Origin: a bacterium
Lineage (GTDB): Bacteria > Bacteroidota > Ignavibacteria > UBA10030
Assembly: GCA_043803945.1 (NCBI GenBank)
Contig: JAZDJN010000098.1
Coordinates: forward strand, 1-64,000
DNA: 64,000 nt
Direction: 5' to 3'
A program made the translations under genes and the position numbers. Below the pieces are notes generated by a model. It made no database searches and was not told where the DNA came from. It was given only the letters and a program-made list of their open reading frames with translations. Of the stretch, positions 31,862 to 42,572 are shown piece by piece; within the stretch, counting starts at the first letter, position 1; every line of letters begins with the position of its first letter.

Positions 31862-33433
31862 ATGGAAAAAGTTGTATCGGCAGAGGAAATGAGATGGTGC
31901 GACACGACCGCCATCAATCGTTTTGGAATTCCCGGCATGATCCTTATGGAGAATGCAGGGAAGGGAGTTGTCGAATGCATGGTGCAGCGGTTCCCCCAAC
32001 TCACCAAATCTCACATACTCGTTGTATGCGGAAAGGGAAATAATGGCGGTGATGGATTTGTGATCGCCAGACACCTCCTGAACAAGTGCCCGTATATTTC
32101 AGTAGTGATGATGGTGTCACCGGCTCATCTCACGGGCGATACGCTCCTCAATTATCAAATTCTCCGAAAAGTGCAAAAAGCAAATCCTCAGGAACTGGTA
32201 ATTCAGCGGTACCATCACACCATACTCCGGACTCTGAGGTCTCCCGATATCTTTGTCGATGCAATATTCGGAACTGGTTTCAGCGGATCGGTCAAGGCAC
32301 CGACCGATGCAATGATCCGATGGATGAACGCTCAATCCTGCCCGGTGGTCTCGGTCGATATTCCTTCGGGGGTTCATGGAACCTCAGGGATAGTGGAAAA
32401 CATCGCGGTTCGTGCAACGATGACGGTCACCATGGGATTGATGAAAACTGGTTTACTCAGCAACCAGGGCCGCGATCATACTGGAGCAATTCAGGTGATT
32501 GATATTGGAATTCCAAAAACGGTTACGGGCTCCCCGAAATTACGAACCGAGTTCGTTCGTGGAAACGACATTCATTCAGTTCTTCCGGTGCGTCCATCCA
32601 CAGCGCATAAGTACAGCGTTGGGAAAGTCTTGGTACTGGCAGGAGCAAAGGGTTATACAGGTGCTCCGGCGCTCTGCGCTAATGCAGCTCTTCGCTCTGG
32701 CGCTGGTGCTGTAATACTCGGGACCCCTGAACCGATCTATCCCATTCTTGCGCGCAAGCTCACTGAGACGATTACTCTTCCTTTGCCGTCAACGTCCGAT
32801 GGATCTCTCGCTTTAGAAGCATGGGATCTAGTTTCTGAAAAGTTGTCCTGGGCGGATGTGCTCGTCATTGGCCCCGGACTCTCCCGGCACGAAGCAACTC
32901 AGCAGCTTGTCCATCGGATCATCTCTTCCTGGAATGGGAGGATGGTGGTTGATGCGGACGCATTATTTGCCCTGGCGACACTGGGAAAGAAGAAATTAAA
33001 AGAACTCAAAGGTGAGCTTATCCTTACTCCGCACAGCGGAGAATTTAGCAAATTCATCGACCGGTCATCGAAGGAAATTGAAATTGACAGGATTGAAACC
33101 TGTCGTGAATTTGCTCAGAGCACCAAAACCACCCTTGTCTTAAAAGGAGCACCCACTGTAACCGGAACTCCGGATGGGATGATCTACATGAATTCAACCG
33201 GCAATCCCGGGATGGCAACCGTTGGATCAGGTGATGTGCTTGCGGGGATTATCGGTTCCTTATGGGCGCAGGGGATGGAAAGAAATCAAGCAGCTTACGC
33301 CGGAGTTTTCCTCCATGGCCTGGCCGGGGACTGTGCGAAAGTAAGATTTGGTGAACGCAGCATCGTAGCTCAGGATCTCATCGACTTTCTCCCGGAAGCT
33401 GTGACATCAGTAGAATTCGGGGAAACGGTTTGA
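31862..33433 (+). CDS. nnr: Bifunctional NAD(P)H-hydrate epimerase/dehydratase
   Basis: LMENAG, GKGNNGGDG, DAIFGTG, DIPSG, TPHSGEF, GSGDVLAG. Confidence 0.95.
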   Translation: MEKVVSAEEMRWCDTTAINRFGIPGMILMENAGKGVVECMVQRFPQLTKSHILVVCGKGNNGGDGFVIARHLLNKCPYISVVMMVSPAHLTGDTLLNYQILRKVQKANPQELVIQRYHHTILRTLRSPDIFVDAIFGTGFSGSVKAPTDAMIRWMNAQSCPVVSVDIPSGVHGTSGIVENIAVRATMTVTMGLMKTGLLSNQGRDHTGAIQVIDIGIPKTVTGSPKLRTEFVRGNDIHSVLPVRPSTAHKYSVGKVLVLAGAKGYTGAPALCANAALRSGAGAVILGTPEPIYPILARKLTETITLPLPSTSDGSLALEAWDLVSEKLSWADVLVIGPGLSRHEATQQLVHRIISSWNGRMVVDADALFALATLGKKKLKELKGELILTPHSGEFSKFIDRSSKEIEIDRIETCREFAQSTKTTLVLKGAPTVTGTPDGMIYMNSTGNPGMATVGSGDVLAGIIGSLWAQGMERNQAAYAGVFLHGLAGDCAKVRFGERSIVAQDLIDFLPEAVTSVEFGETV

Positions 33434-34215
33434 AACGACTATTACTGTATCAATTTCCCCCTGTTCTCTGGCTTCTTTGTATCGTAGTTCTTTCCACAAT
33501 ACGGATAACTCCGAGAATTCAAACACCGATCGCTCCTGACAAGCTTGCCCACGCCGGCATGTTCTTTGTACTCAGTCTTCTCATCTATCGATCCTTTTTT
33601 CATCAGGAACGGTTTAAGTTTCTGAAGAGGCATGCTATTCTGGCTGCATTCCTTTTTACAGTTGTGTATGGCATTCTGGATGAGTTGTATCAGCTCTATA
33701 TTCCCTGGCGAACAGCGGATGTCTTCGATGCGATTGCCGATACCATTGGAGCCTTTTTGTTCTCTTTCTTCATCATCATCTGGTGTTGGTTGAAAAAGTT
33801 CGAACGGTTCAGCCGCGTGCTGAAGTATCAGGTATCGCCGGTCCTTGGTATAGCGTGTATTCTGGCAACGCCTGCGTTGCATATCAAGATTGTGGAATGG
33901 AACATGCCATTCAGCATACAAAAGGCAATCGATATTGTCCTCTATTTTTTCTTGGCATATTTACTGCAACGCGCGTTCTACCATCAGAGTGTCTCCAAAT
34001 TCTTAAGCAGGCATTCCATAGTATTTTCATTTCTGATGACGATTCTGATCAGTGCCGCGTCTATGTTGTATCTAAAAGAATCGCTGCAACCATTGCTTCG
34101 AATGAGAAATCACGTTGCGAGTATCGGTGGGGGACTTCTCTTCTCTCTCCTCTGGTATGGATGGATACGATTGAAGATGTTACTAGAGCACAAACAAGAG
34201 AACAGTTTGACATAA
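33430..34215 (+). CDS. VanZ family protein with a second, degenerate VanZ-like domain
   Basis: DKLAH..F, YGILDELYQ..P.R..D..DAIAD; second half repeats RxFxHQ...KFLxRH. Confidence 0.75.
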   Translation: MKRLLLYQFPPVLWLLCIVVLSTIRITPRIQTPIAPDKLAHAGMFFVLSLLIYRSFFHQERFKFLKRHAILAAFLFTVVYGILDELYQLYIPWRTADVFDAIADTIGAFLFSFFIIIWCWLKKFERFSRVLKYQVSPVLGIACILATPALHIKIVEWNMPFSIQKAIDIVLYFFLAYLLQRAFYHQSVSKFLSRHSIVFSFLMTILISAASMLYLKESLQPLLRMRNHVASIGGGLLFSLLWYGWIRLKMLLEHKQENSLT

Positions 34216-34235
34216 CTGGAAAATCTCGCTATATT
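34207..34235 (+). promoter_or_regulatory. sigma70-type promoter for tgt-yajC
   Basis: TTGACA-N17-TATATT. Confidence 0.6.
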
Positions 34236-34246
34236 TTCATTGTTAA

Positions 34247-35476
<1,230 letters not shown>

Positions 35477-35486
35477 GGAGAAAATA

Positions 35487-35780
35487 ATGGGAGAAGGTGG
35501 TAATCCGTTAGTGAGCGTGGGATTTCTTGTCATGCTCTTTGCAATATTCTATTTTATGATCATTCGCCCTCAGAGCAAGCGGCAAAAAGATCGTCAGAAG
35601 ATGCTGGATGCCGTGAAGAAGGGGGACAAAATTGTAACAGCGGGCGGTATTTATGCTACTGTCATTGGTGTTGAAGAGAAAACCGTTCTGGTTCAAATTG
35701 CTGATAATGTTAAAGTGAAGTTGGATCGGTCGGGCATCTCAACATTACTCACAGACTCAACAGAGAAGCCTGCTGCATAA
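35487..35780 (+). CDS. yajC: Preprotein translocase subunit YajC
   Basis: FYFMIIRPQ.KRQK, KKGDKIVTAGG; follows tgt. Confidence 0.96.
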   Translation: MGEGGNPLVSVGFLVMLFAIFYFMIIRPQSKRQKDRQKMLDAVKKGDKIVTAGGIYATVIGVEEKTVLVQIADNVKVKLDRSGISTLLTDSTEKPAA

Positions 35781-35807
35781 CCACACCGATGTGGAGAGAG
35801 TCGGTCA

Positions 35808-37043
35808 ATGAAAGAGAATCATCGGGCAGTTTTGAATTCGATCGAAGAGGCTATTGAGTCTCTTCAGCAGGGGAATGTCGTTATTGTGGTTGATGATGAA
35901 GACCGTGAGAATGAAGGTGACTTTGTTGCCGCAGCGGAGAAGGTGACACCGGAAATTATCAACTTCTTCACTCGTGAAGGGCGCGGTATTGTCTGTACGC
36001 CCATCACGGCCGCGCGTGCTGAAGAACTGGATTTGGATTCCATGGTAGAAACGAATACTTCTCTCCATGAGACATCCTTCACCATCTCCATCGATTACAT
36101 TCATGGCACTACGACTGGGGTCTCAGCAGCAGACAGAGCTGCAACAGTGAAAGCCCTCACAGAATCAAAGACACAACCGAGTGATTTTGCTCGCCCCGGA
36201 CATATCTTTCCTCTCCGCGCAGCGGAAGGAGGCGTCTTACGCAGGACAGGCCATACTGAAGCGGTCATCGATCTTTGTCGGTTGGCAGGATTGAATCCTG
36301 TTGGGATTCTCTGCGAAATACTGAATGATGATGGCACGATGGCCAGAGTACCGCAACTTCATCAGATTGCGAGAAAGTTCGATCTGAAGATGATTTCTGT
36401 CCGAAGCCTGATTGAATTCAGGATGCAGCGTGAAAAGCTTGTTCATCAGACTGTTCAAACGCATCTTCCCTCGAAGTACGGCGATTTTCAGCTTTATCTC
36501 TATCGGAGCGACACCGATCACAAGGAGCATATGGCACTGGTCAAAGGTACAATTTCAAAGGATGTACCGACGCTGGTCCGTGTTCACTCCGAATGTCTGA
36601 CCGGTGATGTTTTTGGATCATTGCGATGTGATTGCAATCAGCAACTGGTTGCGGCCATGGATATGGTAGAGAGGGACGGATGTGGCGTGGTACTCTATAT
36701 GAGGCAGGAAGGTCGAGGTATTGGCTTATCGAATAAATTGAAAGCCTACCGTCTGCAGGACGAGGGGATGGATACGGTTGAGGCTAACGAGAAGCTCGGC
36801 TTTCGGGCGGATCTTCGCGACTATGGTATCGGCGCTCAGATCCTTCGTGATCTGGGAGTAGGGAAGATGCGCCTGATGACAAATAATCCGAAGAAGATTG
36901 TTGGCCTCGATGGTTATGGATTGCTGGTGGTTGAACGTGTACCGCTTGAAGTGCATCCCAATAATTATAATGAAAAATATTTGAAGTCGAAGAGAGATAA
37001 ATTGGGACACTTGATCCTCATTGAGCAATCGGCACAGAAGTAA
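35808..37043 (+). CDS. ribBA: Bifunctional DHBP synthase / GTP cyclohydrolase II
   Basis: [47 protein letters not shown]. Confidence 0.98.
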   Translation: MKENHRAVLNSIEEAIESLQQGNVVIVVDDEDRENEGDFVAAAEKVTPEIINFFTREGRGIVCTPITAARAEELDLDSMVETNTSLHETSFTISIDYIHGTTTGVSAADRAATVKALTESKTQPSDFARPGHIFPLRAAEGGVLRRTGHTEAVIDLCRLAGLNPVGILCEILNDDGTMARVPQLHQIARKFDLKMISVRSLIEFRMQREKLVHQTVQTHLPSKYGDFQLYLYRSDTDHKEHMALVKGTISKDVPTLVRVHSECLTGDVFGSLRCDCNQQLVAAMDMVERDGCGVVLYMRQEGRGIGLSNKLKAYRLQDEGMDTVEANEKLGFRADLRDYGIGAQILRDLGVGKMRLMTNNPKKIVGLDGYGLLVVERVPLEVHPNNYNEKYLKSKRDKLGHLILIEQSAQK

Positions 37044-37145
37044 CCATCGACCCTAGAAGTCTGAGCTGCCGCTAGAGTATTTATACTGGCGGGCAGGAGT
37101 GTCTTTGAGGCAGACTTTTCAATCAGGCTTGTTGCTGTTTTTATC

Positions 37146-37174
37146 TTGCGTCTATAATTAATTTATTCTACTTT
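37146..37174 (+). promoter_or_regulatory. Putative sigma70 promoter upstream of greA
   Basis: TTGCGT-N17-TACTTT. Confidence 0.45.
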
Positions 37175-37185
37175 GCTTTTGAAAC

Positions 37186-37231
37186 AAGAATAGCCACCAT
37201 CCGGGATATTGTGATGATGGCTTTTCTTTTT
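37186..37231 (+). terminator. Intrinsic terminator-like hairpin in the greA leader
   Basis: agccaccatc...gatgatggct stem followed by TTTCTTTTT. Confidence 0.55.
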
Positions 37232-37271
37232 GCCTTATCATCATAGTTTTTTTAGTGAATTTGGAGGTAGA

Positions 37272-37757
37272 ATGGGAGAAAAGAGTAACGGGATAGTCTA
37301 TCTATCGCGCGAGCGCCTGGTAGAGATTGAAATCGAACTTCGGGAGTTGAAAGTTCAGGGAAGAGCGGAGATGGCGCAAAAAATTGCAGAGGCACGCAGC
37401 TACGGCGATCTCAGCGAAAATGCCGAATACGATGCTGCGAAGGAAGCGCAACAGCATTTGGAATTGCGTATCGCTAAACTGGGAGAGACTCTTTCTCGAG
37501 CACGGATCGTCAATACCTCGGAATTGAAGAATGACAAAATTTATATTCTTTCCCTTGTCAAGTTGAAAGATGTGGTAACGAAGGAGATCATTGAGTATCG
37601 ACTCGTCGCTCCCGAAGAAGCCGATTTTGATAGAAATAAAATCTCCGTGACTTCACCGATTGGCAAGGGATTGATGGGGAAAACAGCAGGGGAGATCGTG
37701 AAGATAAAAGTGCCAGCGGGTTTTTTAGAGTATGAGATTCTGGAAATCAGTAAATAA
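37272..37757 (+). CDS. greA: Transcription elongation factor GreA
   Basis: GDLSENAEYDAAKE, ISVTSPIGKGL; GGAGG RBS before ATG 37272. Confidence 0.97.
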   Translation: MGEKSNGIVYLSRERLVEIEIELRELKVQGRAEMAQKIAEARSYGDLSENAEYDAAKEAQQHLELRIAKLGETLSRARIVNTSELKNDKIYILSLVKLKDVVTKEIIEYRLVAPEEADFDRNKISVTSPIGKGLMGKTAGEIVKIKVPAGFLEYEILEISK

Positions 37758-37814
37758 ATAGTAAGGATTATTCGCACGTTGTAATTCTCTTCATATTCTC
37801 ATACCGTAACAGAA

Positions 37815-38327
37815 ATGCCATCGAATTTAGAACTTAAAGCAATCTGTCCTTCGATATCAACAGCACGCCTTATTGCAAAAAACCTCGGTGCAACTTTTGG
37901 TGGGATTCTCCAACAGCGTGATACCTATCTCAATGGAGCATCAGGAAGAATCAAAATACGGGAGTTCGGTAACTCAGTGGGAGAATTGATCTACTATCGG
38001 CGTCCTGACCTCTGTGGAAATCGTTATTCCAATTATGATGTGGAACCAGTAGCTCAAGTTGTCAAATTGAAGAGAATGCTAATAGGGGCATTTGGTGTCA
38101 AGATTGTGGTATTAAAGAAGCGGGAACTGTACCTCTTCGAGAATGCACGTATTCATCTTGATAAGGTGCAAGATTTAGGGAATTTTATTGAGTTTGAAGT
38201 CATGAACCAACGAGGGGAAAAACAAACCGAACAACTTATGAAATTCCTCAGAACACAATTTGGGATCAGCGAAAAAGATATTATCTGTAGTTCGTATAGC
38301 GATCTCCTGCTTGCAAAGAAAGGCTAG
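37815..38327 (+). CDS. CYTH domain protein (class IV adenylate cyclase-like)
   Basis: NLELKA, QRDTY, KIRE, KKREL, RIHLDKV..LG.FIEFEV, SYSDLL. Confidence 0.88.
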   Translation: MPSNLELKAICPSISTARLIAKNLGATFGGILQQRDTYLNGASGRIKIREFGNSVGELIYYRRPDLCGNRYSNYDVEPVAQVVKLKRMLIGAFGVKIVVLKKRELYLFENARIHLDKVQDLGNFIEFEVMNQRGEKQTEQLMKFLRTQFGISEKDIICSSYSDLLLAKKG

Positions 38328-38421
38328 CATTCATTGGGATTTTCGAGAGAAAGGATTCTTTTCAGTAAAAAAATTATTACTTGCCATGAGAAGAGTATTT
38401 TATTATATTTTCACTGCCTAT

Positions 38422-38494
<73 letters not shown>

Positions 38495-38578
38495 CTGTCC
38501 TGATACTCGCAAGAGTTGAGGGACATCCGACAATCTTCAAAGCAATAAGATTGGCGGAAGTACTTCCTCTATGAACTT

Positions 38579-38618
38579 GCCCCGTTGCCAATTTCTCCCA
38601 CCAGGCAACGGGGTTTTT
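38579..38618 (+). terminator. Intrinsic terminator after tRNA-Gly
   Basis: ccccgttgcc...ggcaacgggg followed by TTTTT. Confidence 0.65.
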
Positions 38619-38639
38619 ATTCAGAGGAAGCATGGTGTG

Positions 38640-38855
38640 AATGCCAAGTGCGGAATAGGGAATGCGGGATTATATATTTTGGACCATTGATCCATTGAAC
38701 CATTAAATCATTGAATTAGTTATCGTTGATCTGTTTATTCCTAACAATTCCCCATTCACCATTCGCAATTCCGAATTTCCACAATGCGGAATGTGGAATT
38801 TGGTATGCGGAAATCGGTTTAAAGAATTCCGCAATCAACATTTATCATTCCAATT
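38640..38855. repeat. Degenerate 7-8 nt tandem and inverted repeats (TGCGGAA/TTCCGCA, CCATTGA)
   Basis: gcggaatagggaatgcggga, ccattgatccattgaaccatt, cattcgcaattccgaatt, tgcggaatgtggaat. Confidence 0.65.
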
Positions 38856-38861
38856 TTTTTT

Positions 38862-38933
38862 GGCGCCGTACCCAAGTGGTAAGGGAGAGGTCTGCAAAAC
38901 CTTTATGCGGCGGTTCGAATCCGCCCGGCGCCT
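38862..38933 (+). tRNA. tRNA-Cys(GCA)
   Basis: GGCGCCG/CGGCGCC acceptor, anticodon loop ctGCAaa. Confidence 0.96.
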
Positions 38934-39130
38934 CAAAGAAATATGTAAATGAGGGAATGGGAAAATTGAGGAATTAGATAATTACAATCTAAAGGAAGTC
39001 GGGGAGTGAGGAAGAGAAGAACTAGAAATTTCTTCAGGCCTTAACGATCATCTCATTCACCCCAACACTTCCACACTTCCACAATCCCACGTTTCCATAT
39101 TCCTATATTCCCACCTTCCCATATTTCCCT

Positions 39131-39216
39131 GCCGGGGTGGCGGAACTGGTAGACGCACAGGACTTAAAATCCTGTGTCCTGCAAGGGGCGTGCGGGTTCA
39201 AGTCCCGCCCTCGGCA
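39131..39216 (+). tRNA. tRNA-Leu(TAA)
   Basis: GCCGGGG/CCTCGGC acceptor, cagga-ctTAAaa-tcctg, variable arm. Confidence 0.96.
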
Positions 39217-39258
39217 CGTTCTCACAAAGCAATACTCACAGATTTATCAGACGAGATA

Positions 39259-39318
39259 GCGTGCGGGTTCTCAGCCGTAGGCTGATCCGCCTCTGGCTGA
39301 GAGTTCCGCCCTCGGCAC
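39259..39318 (+). repeat. Duplicated tRNA-Leu 3' end interrupted by a ~30-bp palindromic insert
   Basis: gcgtgcgggttc[tcagccgtaggctgatccgcctctggctg]agagttccgccctcggcac vs tRNA gcgtgcgggttcaagtcccgccctcggcac. Confidence 0.85.
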
Positions 39319-39698
39319 GAAAAACGCCACTTTTGAAATTACGTCCTTGCATCAGACGTATTTTCTCGGTTAATTCTCTTTATCAATCAGGTCTCATCTG
39401 AAGATTCTGATCTCAATAGCACAACCACAACCGCAGCGGTTTGTATGGGACATTATTCCACACATGTTCCAATATCCTATGATATATCCTTAAAGAGAGT
39501 GGACTGTCCGACTTGGATGACCTCCACGAGTAATACTATCGAAGGCCTATCTTTTTTTCCGATCGGGGAATACATGCATGTGTTTTATTCAAATTCGATC
39601 CCTTCTGGGGTGGTTCAACATTTTTCTTGTAAACTAAATAACCTCAGAATTCTACTGTACTGGGAATTCAAGTAACCTATAAAGAAGTGAGGTTCTTT

Positions 39699-41186
39699 AT
39701 GGATATAATTAAGACTTACAGGTTAGCATTCATGATGTTGGCAGCTCTCTTGCTTACATCCGGCGCCTTCGCACAAGAGGATGAATATAAGAAGTGGCTC
39801 AAGAAGGAGCAGGAACAACTCCAGCAATTCAAGGATGCACGGGATAAGGAATTCACTGATTTTCTAAAACAGCAGTGGAAAGAATTTCAATCCTTTAAGG
39901 GAATCGTCCCTGATGACATTCCCAAACCAACCAAGATGCCGATCTTCAAGCGCACAAAGCCTGAGGTGAGGGACAGCTCAACGAAGAAGGTCGAGATAAA
40001 GGAAATTCCTCAGCAGAGAGATCAGGAGGAAGCCACCAAACAACCCGCTCCGCAACCACAGCCACAACCGGAAGAGAAGAAATCTCAATTCACCATTGAT
40101 CTGACTTTTTTCGGCGTTCCCATTACTCTACCGCACGACATTGCCACCAGGCCAACACTGGCAACCCCCATTAATGAGAAATCGATAAGCGATTTTTGGG
40201 CGGCACTGAGCCGTATGAGCTATGAAAGCCTTCTTGCACAAGCGCAGAATGAAAGAGTCAATCGCAAATTAAACGATTGGGGTTATATCCTGCTTCTCAA
40301 TCGCATCGGGCGAAGCCTGTTCAACAATGCCCGGAACGAAGCGGTGCTCTTCGTCTGGTTCATGTTATCAAAATCGGGTTTCGACACTCGACTGGGCTAC
40401 CAGGGCGATTTTGTTCATCTGCTCCTTCCTACACCTAATATGCTCTATCAGGTAAGTTACTTTGAGCTTGGCGGTACGAATCGCTACTACGCTGTGCAGC
40501 TTGATCCATCAGATCAACCATTCAAGGGAGCGATCTATACCTACGGTAAGAAATATCCCGGTGCGGAAAAATCTGCCGATTTTTGCGTCAAGAGTGCACC
40601 GTACTTAAAGAATCAGATCAAGGAGCGAACTCTCAAGTTTACCTATGGTAGTAAGGAATACACCCTGCAGACAAAGGTGAGCCGAGATGCGGTTGATTTC
40701 TTTTGGGAGTACCCACAAACGAATTTTGAGATTTATTTTTCTGCCACTCCCTCCAAGGAATTCATGCAATCTCTTCTCAACCAGCTCACACCGTTAGTCG
40801 AAGGGAAGACAGAGTGGGATGCCGTGAATATGATTCTCCGTTTTGTTCAAACGGCCTTCGAGTATAAAACAGATCCCGATCAGTTTGGCAGGGAAAAGCC
40901 GCTCTTTCCCGATGAAACAGTATACTATCCCTTCTCAGATTGTGAAGATCGGGGTATTCTTTTTGCGTATTTGGTGCGAACGCTGTTAGGATTAACAGTT
41001 GTCGGCCTCGATTATCCCGGGCACATTGCAACCGCTGTGCTCTTTAGCACACCGGTGGAAGGGGATTCGATTATATTTCAAGAAAAGCGCTTTACGATCT
41101 GCGATCCGACGTACATCAATGCAGATGTGGGAAGATGTATGCCCCAATTTAAAGGAGTGAAACCAGAAATTATTATCATTCAATAA
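39699..41186 (+). CDS. Exported protein with C-terminal transglutaminase-like (Cys-His-Asp) domain
   Basis: Signal peptide (AFA-QE); DCEDRGILF, YPGHIATAV, ICDPTY. Confidence 0.72.
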   Translation: MDIIKTYRLAFMMLAALLLTSGAFAQEDEYKKWLKKEQEQLQQFKDARDKEFTDFLKQQWKEFQSFKGIVPDDIPKPTKMPIFKRTKPEVRDSSTKKVEIKEIPQQRDQEEATKQPAPQPQPQPEEKKSQFTIDLTFFGVPITLPHDIATRPTLATPINEKSISDFWAALSRMSYESLLAQAQNERVNRKLNDWGYILLLNRIGRSLFNNARNEAVLFVWFMLSKSGFDTRLGYQGDFVHLLLPTPNMLYQVSYFELGGTNRYYAVQLDPSDQPFKGAIYTYGKKYPGAEKSADFCVKSAPYLKNQIKERTLKFTYGSKEYTLQTKVSRDAVDFFWEYPQTNFEIYFSATPSKEFMQSLLNQLTPLVEGKTEWDAVNMILRFVQTAFEYKTDPDQFGREKPLFPDETVYYPFSDCEDRGILFAYLVRTLLGLTVVGLDYPGHIATAVLFSTPVEGDSIIFQEKRFTICDPTYINADVGRCMPQFKGVKPEIIIIQ

Positions 41187-41244
41187 TTCGCTGATTCCTA
41201 AATTCACTAATTCTCGTGTCTCATCATCACATATTGGAGGTACC

Positions 41245-41808
41245 ATGCGAACGCTCAATTATCTTCTCTCTGTTCTCTTTATTGGCATAACAATGATTGG
41301 TTGCGCCAGTTCTACTGGTGGTGGAGGAGATGTACCAGATTGGTTTTTAACTCCCCCTGATGATCCGAATTTCTGGTATGCACCAAATTCCCAGGTGTCC
41401 GCGGATATGCAGCTTGCTCTTGATAAAGCCGTCCAGGGCGGTCGAACTGAAATAGGCAGGAAGGCCGAAGTGCTTATCCAGGGATTACAGAAGAGGTTTA
41501 CAGAAGAGACTGGAACCGTGGGTAATTCACAATTGCTCGATATGTTTACCCAGGCCAGCAAAACTGTGGTGAACACTTCACTTTCTGGTAGTCGTATTGC
41601 AAAGCAAAAGATCATGAAAGAAGGAAACGGCTGGCGCGGCTATGCACTCGTTGAATACGCTGTTGGTGCTGCAAGGGAAGCAATGATGCAGCAAATAAAG
41701 AACAACGAGCAATTGTACACCCGCTTCAGACAGACACAAACCTTCAAAGAACTCGATGAAGAAGTCAAAAAGTTCGACGAGTTCAAGAAGAATCAGAAAC
41801 AGCAATAA
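41245..41808 (+). CDS. LPP20-type lipoprotein
   Basis: Lipobox MIGC, VPDWF, MQLALDKA...R.EI, C-terminal FKELDEE. Confidence 0.72.
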   Translation: MRTLNYLLSVLFIGITMIGCASSTGGGGDVPDWFLTPPDDPNFWYAPNSQVSADMQLALDKAVQGGRTEIGRKAEVLIQGLQKRFTEETGTVGNSQLLDMFTQASKTVVNTSLSGSRIAKQKIMKEGNGWRGYALVEYAVGAAREAMMQQIKNNEQLYTRFRQTQTFKELDEEVKKFDEFKKNQKQQ

Positions 41809-41817
41809 CATACCGTA

Positions 41818-42555
41818 ATGAAATGGTGTCGTATAGCCATTGCTGCCGTTATCCAATGTGCTATTCAGACCGCATCCGCACAGGAGTATCCCGCCTGGTT
41901 TCTTAACCAGGGGGTACTCAGGTGTGGCAGGACTGTTGTTGGTTTTGCTAATACTGCGTTTTATAAAGACTCGGCAATCGCATTTGCGCTTCGGAACGGT
42001 GCCGAAGATGCTGGACGCATGGCAAAAACCAAGATCCAAGGTGGGCAGATATATTGGTCTACTGAAGGCGGCACATTCTGGATGGGAGCTGATTTCCGCG
42101 AGCAGTTTGACAGTTCTGCTGCCCAGACCGCTCTCACCTCGTTTACTCCAATCGATACATTTATTTCCTCCTCCCTCGTTCTTGTTCTCTTTGCTAATGC
42201 ACCCTGCGAACTTGACGTTGCGCTACGTTCTCATGGACGAATCAATGCACGTGCCCCATCGTGGACGGAAACTATTCCCCGCGATACAAATTATCTTTAT
42301 GCTGTTGGCATTGCACCGGAGTACTATTATGAGATAAGCTCATGGAGGGAAGCGGAACGAATTGCTCGAAGGAATTTAGCTGGAAATGTTCATATTAAGA
42401 TTCGAGCTCTGCAGAAATTAACCGCATATGAAGGTCAGGACATTCGCCATGAGGAGATCTCTGTTACCCTGAAGGATATTCAAGTGGTAGCACGATGGAG
42501 AGATCTTGGCAAAAAGATATTCTACGTACTCATTCGAATGCCCAATGCACCATGA
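41818..42555 (+). CDS. Exported protein with LPP20-like repeats
   Basis: Signal peptide (ASA-QE); PAWF / PSW...YAVG...AERIARRNLA. Confidence 0.55.
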   Translation: MKWCRIAIAAVIQCAIQTASAQEYPAWFLNQGVLRCGRTVVGFANTAFYKDSAIAFALRNGAEDAGRMAKTKIQGGQIYWSTEGGTFWMGADFREQFDSSAAQTALTSFTPIDTFISSSLVLVLFANAPCELDVALRSHGRINARAPSWTETIPRDTNYLYAVGIAPEYYYEISSWREAERIARRNLAGNVHIKIRALQKLTAYEGQDIRHEEISVTLKDIQVVARWRDLGKKIFYVLIRMPNAP

Positions 42556-42572
42556 ATCCATAAGGTGATGCT

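Noticed and set aside
38640-39130. Short periodic repeats around the tRNAs as a possible CRISPR array
   Set aside because: Units are 7-8 nt and degenerate, with no repeat-spacer periodicity and no cas genes.
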